From IMG/VR virus record IMGVR_UViG_3300048849_000134, positions 1 to 55,101 of that record: a stretch of 55,101 bases of DNA. The stretch is one strand, 5' to 3'. Source of the DNA: a virus (Duplodnaviria > Caudoviricetes). The notes beneath the pieces were generated by a model. The model was given only the letters and a program-made list of their open reading frames with translations. It was not told the origin of the DNA and did no database searches. The stretch's first letter is position 1. Each line of letters opens with the position of its first letter. This document shows, one piece after another, positions 47,930-55,101 of this stretch. Made by a program: the position numbers and the translations under genes.

Positions 47930-49045
47930 ATGAAACGAATGACTAACAGGTTTACAATAAAACCTGAAATAGCCGAAAAGCTAGGTTTGCAAATCAACAA
48001 AGGTAATAGGTATAGGATAACTGAACAGCAGCGGGTTGCCCTCGCGGCACTTACTGATCACCCTGCTCTACAAGCAGAAGCAGAAGCAGTAGGGTTACCG
48101 ATCAACAATGTTAGGCAGTATTGGTATAAAGGGAAAAACTTCTCGATCCAGGTAAGTAATAACAAGGCTCCGGTTGACTTTGAACATATTATAGATGATC
48201 TGACTGATCGAATTAAAAAGCATTCTCCTAAATACAAATCGGTATCCCGCAAACCAATTGCCGACCCTCACCTATTAATAATTGATGCTGCAGATACCCA
48301 CTTTGGAAAACTTGCATCAGCCTATGAAACCGGAGAGGACTACAATATAGCCATCGCCAAACAGCGAGTAATTGAGGGATTTAACGGCATCCTTGCTAAG
48401 TCTCAGGCATTCAATATTGAAAAGATAGTGGTGGTTGTAGGTAACGACGTTCTGCACTTCGATAACGCCAAAAGCACGACCACCAGCGGCACCTTTCAAG
48501 ATAGTGATGTGATGTTCTATGATATGTTTAACATAGCCTTAGAAACGTTCGTTGGCCTTATTGAAAGTATCGTGTCTGACTACGATGTAGATATCGTTTT
48601 TAATCCCTCAAATCATGACTATGCAAGCGGATGGATGTTTGCCAGGACCTTGGAAACATGGTTCAGGAATACAGTCAACGTAAATGTAGTAAGCGATATC
48701 AGGCACCGGAAATATTATCAGTACGGACTTAATATGATCGGGCTATCTCATGGTGATGGCGCTAAGATGGCAGACATGCCATTGCTCATGGCTAACGAAT
48801 CACCTCAGATGTGGGCCGACACAAAGTTTAGGTACATCTACCTGCATCATATCCATCATAAGCAGGTAACCAAGTTTCAATCTGGAAAGGATTATATAGG
48901 AGTAACAGTTGAGTATCTGAGATCACCATCAAGCGCGGACTCGTGGCATTCACGTAACGGTTACTGCGGATCCAAGAAAGCGATTGAGGGATTTATACAC
49001 AGCAAGGAACACGGTCAGGTCGCACGTTTGAGCCACTACTATTAG
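47930..49045 (+). CDS. Calcineurin-like metallophosphoesterase
   Basis: DTHFG, GNDVLH, SNHD, SHGD, HHIHH. Confidence 0.85.
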   Translation: MKRMTNRFTIKPEIAEKLGLQINKGNRYRITEQQRVALAALTDHPALQAEAEAVGLPINNVRQYWYKGKNFSIQVSNNKAPVDFEHIIDDLTDRIKKHSPKYKSVSRKPIADPHLLIIDAADTHFGKLASAYETGEDYNIAIAKQRVIEGFNGILAKSQAFNIEKIVVVVGNDVLHFDNAKSTTTSGTFQDSDVMFYDMFNIALETFVGLIESIVSDYDVDIVFNPSNHDYASGWMFARTLETWFRNTVNVNVVSDIRHRKYYQYGLNMIGLSHGDGAKMADMPLLMANESPQMWADTKFRYIYLHHIHHKQVTKFQSGKDYIGVTVEYLRSPSSADSWHSRNGYCGSKKAIEGFIHSKEHGQVARLSHYY

Positions 49046-49062
49046 TATATCAATGACCGCGC

Positions 49063-49107
49063 GTAAACCCACAACTCACTATACCACAACTATGTAAGTT
49101 AACTTTG
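49063..49107 (+). promoter_or_regulatory. Class B (late) promoter, lysis cassette
   Basis: GTAAAC 49063; TAACTTTG 49100. Confidence 0.75.
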
Positions 49108-49117
49108 TTAAACAAGA

Positions 49118-49928
49118 ATGAACATGATTAGATCAATTGATTTTTACGGCAAATACATGCCTCTATTCCTCCCGACTGTGGGGGGTGTAGTGATAGTATT
49201 GATGCTGATAATGCTATTAATGCTTAGCACGCTAAACAAAAGGGTAAGCCGATTAGAAGAAAAGGTAACCAAACTGATTACGGACTGATGGATGACACAA
49301 GAACAAAAAACCAAAATAGAACTACCAGAGGGTTGGAGAAAACTAAACTTCTACTCTCTGAATTTAGCGTATTGCTTTTTTGTTCTGTTCGTTTCGCTCC
49401 AGGTTCCATCGGTTTCTAAAATTCTGATTAAAGCGTTTAGCGAGCCCATGTATGATGCTATAAATGGCTGGGTACTGATATGCCTGCTGATAACTTCTGC
49501 AGGAGCCGGAATACTTGGTTTTATCAGAATGGTAAGTGTGAAAAAACTGATTAACCTGATTGAGCATGACGAAAATGATAAGTGAAACGGTTAGCTACGG
49601 CATAGTGATGCTCATTGAGAACACGATCATTCTGTGTCTGCTTTATGACTTGATGTGCAGGGTGGTGTATAAGATACGGCGTATCGCTCACCCGCACGTT
49701 CAGTGGAAGTCGGGGCTTATATTTTTGTGCTACCTGCTTTGCGTTACTGCGTTCAACCTATCAGCATTTTACACCTGCTACGTCAATTACCTGATGTCAG
49801 ATGATCCGATCTATACAGTAACAGTATCGGCCAGGGTGTTTGAAAGGACAATGATCCTGTGCGCGAAGGGCCTGTTATGGTACTACACCTGTAAGGGAGA
49901 TTTTATATTATTTAAAGGGAAGATATGA
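49118..49928 (+). CDS. Three membrane proteins, holin/antiholin candidates (49118-49288, 49292-49585, ~49560-49928)
   Basis: 1, 2 and about 3 hydrophobic segments; directly upstream of endolysin. Confidence 0.6.
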
Positions 49929-50536
49929 ACAAGGCTACATTCTTTACATCGATACGAAACAGCCTATTTGGTGGTAAACTTACTCAGGGTGTAGTTGATA
50001 CGACTGAGGCAATTAACAAGGCTCTGGATAAGTATTGCGTTACTGATTATCGTCAGCGGGCATATGTATTTGCCACCGCTAGGCATGAATCATATCACTA
50101 TGGTCGTAACCCGGAATGGCTCCCGGTCCGTGAGGGGTGGGCAAGTACCAATCAGGGCGCAATAAATGCCGTTACATCACTACACAAGCGTGGTGTGATC
50201 AGCAAGAACTATGCATTGCCACTTGCAAACGGTCACAGCTATTACGGGCGTGGCTTCGTTCAGATAACCTGGGATTACAACTACAAGTCAGTAGGCAAAC
50301 GTTTAGGGGTAGACCTCTATAATAACCCAGACTTAGCATTAGACCGGGATATTGCTGCTGAAATACTTGTTGTTGGGATGAAAGAGGGCTTGTTCACTGG
50401 CAAGAAACTAAGCAACTACTTTACCGAATCGGGCACCGACAATAAGAATGCACGCAGGATAATTAATGGTATGGACCAAGCTGAATTGATAGCCGGTTAT
50501 GCAGATAAGTTTTACATGGGTTTGATTTTGAAGTGA
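49925..50536 (+). CDS. Endolysin, GH19 lysozyme-like
   Basis: AYVFATARHES..YYGRGFVQITWDYNY..ARRIING. Confidence 0.9.
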   Translation: MNKATFFTSIRNSLFGGKLTQGVVDTTEAINKALDKYCVTDYRQRAYVFATARHESYHYGRNPEWLPVREGWASTNQGAINAVTSLHKRGVISKNYALPLANGHSYYGRGFVQITWDYNYKSVGKRLGVDLYNNPDLALDRDIAAEILVVGMKEGLFTGKKLSNYFTESGTDNKNARRIINGMDQAELIAGYADKFYMGLILK

Positions 50537-50783
50537 TGAAAACCTAAACTTTATCTGGCCCAAAGAAGCATTTAAGAACTTCCTTGCACTGTTTGTATTA
50601 GGCATCATGTTCTACCTATTATATATACGTAGCGAACTAAGAGACTCAATGTTTGTGCTGATCACTTTGGTGGTTAAGCATTATTTCGATTCAACATCTG
50701 CCAGCAACAAAAAAGACGATACAATTAACTCAATGGCTAACAGCATTCCAAACGCGCCTGAAAATGAAACCAAGCAAATCTAA
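50536..50783 (+). CDS. Holin-like membrane protein, start uncertain
   Basis: Two hydrophobic segments, VVKHYFDSTSASNKKDDTI; first in-frame ATG only at 50607. Confidence 0.55.
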
Positions 50784-51390
50784 CCTCCTGATCCTAGTAT
50801 TAGTTGTGGTTATCGGTTTCTTAATTATCCGGGGATGTAACCAATCCAATACCAATACCACTAGCACCCTGACTGATCAGCGCGATCTTGCCAAGGCTGA
50901 AAGCGACACGTTACGGGTTGATACGAACAAGGACGGATCAAAGGAATACAGCAAAGACACGTATGCCGTGACCGATAAAGATTTATTAATTGCCGAGCTC
51001 AGTAAAAAAAACAAGGCGCTTGCGGCTATGGTTCAGAATAAGGATAAGGCAGGGCTGCGCACCATTACAAACACAGTTTACCGAGATACAGGCCGCACCA
51101 TAATTGACACTGTGAAAGATACCCGGACTGCAAACATACATACCCCATACTACGATGCTGATATCGTTTCCGGTCCAGAGCGCACGACCTTGGATATTAC
51201 CAGGATGACCGACACGGTGGCTTATAATATAGATAAGAACTACAGACTACACGCCAAGCATTCAAATCCTCATGTGGATGTTGTGGAGCTGGAATCGTTC
51301 TACGTCAAGCCGGCGGTCCGTAAGAAGAACTGGAAATATGTTGTAGGTGGTATTATTGCCGGAGGATTGGTGTACGGGGTTACGCGATGA
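50764..51390 (+). CDS. Spanin, probably unimolecular
   Basis: N-terminal hydrophobic stretch ending IRGC plus C-terminal TM helix; last gene of lysis cassette. Confidence 0.65.
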   Translation: MKPSKSNLLILVLVVVIGFLIIRGCNQSNTNTTSTLTDQRDLAKAESDTLRVDTNKDGSKEYSKDTYAVTDKDLLIAELSKKNKALAAMVQNKDKAGLRTITNTVYRDTGRTIIDTVKDTRTANIHTPYYDADIVSGPERTTLDITRMTDTVAYNIDKNYRLHAKHSNPHVDVVELESFYVKPAVRKKNWKYVVGGIIAGGLVYGVTR

Positions 51391-51468
51391 TCTTTGCCCT
51401 CCTATACTTTTGCGTGTTGGCGTTAGGGGCTTATAAGTTGCTGAGGGAGCGTTGAAAATAAATATTTA

Positions 51469-51506
51469 TACGATGTTTTTATTATCGTTAATAAAATGTA
51501 TATTGC
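51469..51506 (+). promoter_or_regulatory. Class A motif copy 8 with -7-like box
   Basis: TACGATGTTTTTATTATCGTTAATA then TATATTGC. Confidence 0.75.
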
Positions 51507-51511
51507 GGTAT

Positions 51512-51620
51512 AATTAGCAGCGTTCGACTTCTAGCTAGTTTCACAAAGACATTAACACCCTTATTACATCCTATTGAGAGGTCGAACGCTCATTGGATTG
51601 GTAAGGGTTTATTTATTTGT
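51512..51620 (+). ncRNA. Kissing-loop 5' leader 5
   Basis: AGCGTTCGACTT in AATTAGC/GCTAGTT hairpin vs AGGTCGAACGCT; outer stem ACCCTTATTA/TGGTAAGGGT; U-tract. Confidence 0.75.
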
Positions 51621-51627
51621 TTGAAGT

Positions 51628-51909
51628 ATGAATATCGGTTTGGCCATTTACAGACTTAGAAAGAAAGCAGGGTTTACTCAGTCTAAACTAAACATGATAT
51701 CAGGCGTACTTCAAACTAGTTTATCTCATATCGAAAGTGGCACCAAGAAACCGAATAAAGCAACCATAAAAAAGCTTTGTGCCGCATTAGAGGTGCCTAT
51801 AGAATTATTAAACATCCTGGCTATACCTATTGACCATTTAGATGAAAAGCCTAAAAGTATAATACAAGGGATTCAAGAAGAAATATTAAACAAATATCCA
51901 TTTAACTAG
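51628..51909 (+). CDS. XRE family HTH regulator
   Basis: IYRLRKKAGFTQSKL..LSHIESG.KKPN..IKKLCAALEV. Confidence 0.9.
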   Translation: MNIGLAIYRLRKKAGFTQSKLNMISGVLQTSLSHIESGTKKPNKATIKKLCAALEVPIELLNILAIPIDHLDEKPKSIIQGIQEEILNKYPFN

Positions 51910-51914
51910 AAAGT

Positions 51915-54011
51915 ATGACAGAAAATTCAAGAGAATTCAGAGAAGAAATAGCAAGGCATTTAGGTATGGCATCCTATGATCATCTTACCACATCACTACA
52001 CGATCGAGGTATAGATTCAGATGATTATTTTTTGGAACTTCTTAAAGAAGCTTTTGAAGATAATATGAGAAAACAGGATCACATTAAAAACCTGTTGATT
52101 GATTTGGAAGATAATAAATCTACACGTGAAAACCAAGATGATTACAAGATCGTGATCCGAAAAGACGGCAAATTTGTGTCAGCTATAACACCAGACGGTG
52201 GCCGTATCTTAAATATTGTAAAGGATAGCGTGAAATTTGAGCAAACACCATGGGAAAAAGCGTTTGCTCGTACCCGGGTTAAGCTGTCATTCTTCATTAA
52301 AGACGCATCAATAGAGGTTCAGCCATGAAAACTTTAAAAGACGCACTAGAGGTGATGTTTGATGTAGGCTTTAAAAGCTACGTCAACTCAATTAAAAGGG
52401 AAAACAAGCGCAAGAACACCCGATTATTCAAATTACTTGCTAAAATAGTCAATGACGGATTTGTTATTGATCTAAAAGCCTTCATGAAAGCCATTGATAG
52501 GAAAGATAACCTATGGCGTATAGTTCGTGAACCAATTGGCACACCATTCAAGGATAGGCGTTTTTCGACCATCAAAACTATTTGGGTAGATCAAAAAGCT
52601 TCAGCAGAGGATGGCGAGATCATTGGATCGGTCTGCATTCAGGTTAAGCCAAACAGGTGGATTATATTAAACTACTAACCCCTATTCGTAATAGTATGAA
52701 AATAAGATTCAAATACAAATTTGGTTACTTAACCAAAGAAGGCAATAGACATTACCCGGTTATCTATTTTGCTCATGGACCTGATGGCTTTATTATTAGC
52801 ATTATAGGGTTATGCGTCATCCTTAATGTTAAGTAACAAAAAAAAAATTAAGCCAACTAAATATTATGGGAAATAAATCAAGAAACGACATGGTTCGTGA
52901 ATTCGGTAAGGAACACAGGACGTTTTCATACATTATAGCTGTGCCTATACTTGGCGGCGCCATAGGTTTATTGTTTAGCTTAGGAGCCATGCTATGGGCT
53001 AATGATACTATCTTTTGGTTTAAAGTAACTCTTACAGACGGGGTAATATTTTCAATTGCCTGCGTAATAAATCAAGCTGTAATAAACACATTTGAAGCGG
53101 GTAAAAATAACACTAAAGAGTAAGGCTATGAAAAAGACACTAAGCCAATGTAAGCATTTAGTTGCTTCACGTTCTGGTCATCAGAATTGGACTACATTAT
53201 TGAAATATCAAAATGGCGCTACGTTGAAAGACTATTATTTGCAAGCTCTAGAGATGTTTGCTCAACAGTTCGCGGAATTTCATCAGTAATTATACCGCCA
53301 TGCTAAAAATAGAACAACAATTAACCGAAAAATCAGGGCAAGCGTATGAATACTCCAGTACCCTGAAAGTGTTGCCTTTGGATGATGCTATTCATTTAAG
53401 TAAAGCATACGCCGTGATGCTGCTTGAAAATTACATCAATAGCCTGGCCGATCAAACTATGATCTGCGACAACAACCATCACAAGACAATAACCGAGGAA
53501 GAAATCAGGAATTTTAAAATTGATTTGATATGAAACCAAGAAGAATAATCGGGTACTCGATAATAACAATATTTGTCCTAGGGAGGATACAGCATGCAAC
53601 GAATGGTCAGCCGTGGTGGATGTTTTTTGGCATGTTGATATTGGTAATTGTAGGACTCGCACTAGCTGCAGGGGTGGCTTGGTTAATTAGGTAAATATGA
53701 AAAAATACATTAACAGAGATATACTGGCAGGCTTTGGGGAAGGCGGCAGTGATATTCATTCAGGCTGCACTAATGAGGCTAAAAAGGACCAAACGAAGCT
53801 TATTAAGTGGCTAAAGATAATTGGCCTTACCATAGCGATAGTTGTCGGATCGTCGTTATTCATGGTATTTCTAGGTTTTCTCTGGTATCAAATGGATAAA
53901 TACTGGAATACTTTTTCTGGTTTTATTGCTGAATACGGCAGTTTATTTATCCCGGTGACACTCTTAATCATTGGTTCGTTTAAGGTTGCGAAATTCTTAA
54001 TTGAAGATTAA
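51915..54011 (+). other. Cluster of small hypothetical genes (starts 51915, 52325, 52866, ~53128, ~53300, 53697), several membrane proteins
   Basis: Packed co-directional ORFs. Confidence 0.6.
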
Positions 54012-54045
54012 ACCCCTGCTTTACTCGCAACCTACCTACTTGGGC

Positions 54046-55101
54046 TTACCCAAAAATATCATCATTAGCAGCATCCAGCTCATCGTTTTTCCGAATATCA
54101 TTCAGATACCCCTGGTGTACCTTCAAATCGCTGTGCCCCAATAGCTCCATTGTGATCATTGGGTTGTTGATCTTATCGATTGCCATACGCGCATAGGTGT
54201 GACGTGCAATGTGGGAGGATAGGGGCTTGGTGATGTCGGCCATGATCGCGATAAGTTTAAGTTGATAGTTAATGAGAGCCGTACAAGTCTCTTTGTGCTT
54301 CAGCCGCGCTTTGTCGTTCGCGAACCTACTCAACTTGACGTCAGGTTTCCATTTGAAGAAAGGGAATAGCCGCTCATGTTTGCCCGCATATTTATCTACT
54401 ATCGCCTGGGCCGGAGCAATTAATTTAACGTCGTGGCTTTTGCCTGTCTTATCGTCCTGGTATCTAAACCTCCCATCCCTGAAGTCACCGGAATAAGCCT
54501 GGAGCAAATCGCCCACGCGTACCCCACGCAAATACACCTGGAGTACAAAGATATCCCTTGAGGCTTCTTTATTACTTCCGGGCTCTAATTCCACTTCAAC
54601 CAGTCTGGCAAATTCCTCACGGGTTAACTTCTGCTTTAATCCTTTTGGCGCTTTGACTACAATATCCTTTACGTCCTGACTAATTCCGTTTTTAGAATAC
54701 CTAGCTATTATACCTCGAATTATTTTAACCTTTTGTTTGATTGTACTTGGACCATTACCGATGTCGGTAAGCGCCGATATAAAACCGTTGATCCACCGAT
54801 CATCTATACTATTTATGTTAACATCATATTTATAACCATGCCTCATAATAGCTAGCACATTATCGTACGCCACCGGTTTAAACTCGCGCTCCGTTCTTAT
54901 TATTTCAGCATTGAAGCAATCGGAGAGTGTAACCACCTTATCAGAGGAAAAAATCTTATCAATACCTTTTTCTCCGGACCTGATATCGTAAAGATCCTTT
55001 TCGGCTTTTGATAGTTCTTTGGCTATAATATTATTCCGCTTTGCCGAATCTTCTACCTTGTTTTTTATTCTGCATGCTTTGAAGTCCCATTCATCCTCCA
55101 T
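54046..55101 (-). CDS. int: Tyrosine recombinase (integrase), probably 5'-truncated by window edge
   Basis: GVRVGDL (R), KTGK, HIARHTY, LGH, C-terminal Y. Confidence 0.92.
   Translation of the reverse strand: MEDEWDFKACRIKNKVEDSAKRNNIIAKELSKAEKDLYDIRSGEKGIDKIFSSDKVVTLSDCFNAEIIRTEREFKPVAYDNVLAIMRHGYKYDVNINSIDDRWINGFISALTDIGNGPSTIKQKVKIIRGIIARYSKNGISQDVKDIVVKAPKGLKQKLTREEFARLVEVELEPGSNKEASRDIFVLQVYLRGVRVGDLLQAYSGDFRDGRFRYQDDKTGKSHDVKLIAPAQAIVDKYAGKHERLFPFFKWKPDVKLSRFANDKARLKHKETCTALINYQLKLIAIMADITKPLSSHIARHTYARMAIDKINNPMITMELLGHSDLKVHQGYLNDIRKNDELDAANDDIFG

Larger units (their letters stand above)
1..55101. mobile_element. Temperate siphovirus-like prophage (Bacteroidota host); att sites not visible in window
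   Basis: Ordered set of immunity, recombination, replication, packaging, head, long tape measure, tail, lysis and integrase genes. Confidence 0.95.

Noticed and set aside
5908-51493. 25-bp repeats as a CRISPR array or att sites
   Set aside because: Dispersed over 45 kb with no regular spacers or cas genes, and always tied to promoter boxes.

Overview
The whole window reads as one temperate siphovirus-like prophage of a Bacteroidota host. The host assignment is inferred from TAnnTTTG-type -7 promoter boxes, the lack of Shine-Dalgarno sites, a DUF3127 SSB and CKKDD-type lipoproteins. From left to right it contains: a leftward lipoprotein and CI repressor; early recombination genes (Bet-like SSAP, PD-(D/E)XK exonuclease, SSB, C5-MTase); replication genes (prim-pol/DUF3987, iteron origin, SF2 helicase, VRR-NUC); terminase, portal, capsid and tail; a beta-helix tailspike; a tail-tip protein fused to a GH10 glycosidase and a second Pro-rich GH10; a lysis cassette; and a tyrosine integrase at the right edge. 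The strongest signals are non-coding. (1) Five 5' leaders share one fold: two hairpins whose loops are mutually complementary, each leader using a different sequence pair, followed by a U-tract. (2) An ungapped 25-bp motif occurs in 8 copies and heads the accessory islands. (3) Seven late promoters have GTAA(A/G)C exactly 37 nt before a -7 box and restart transcription at structural and lysis genes. (4) There are tRNA-Trp plus two tRNA-like RNAs, one with about 87 nt replacing the anticodon and variable arms. All family assignments come from motif recognition by eye; no searches were run.
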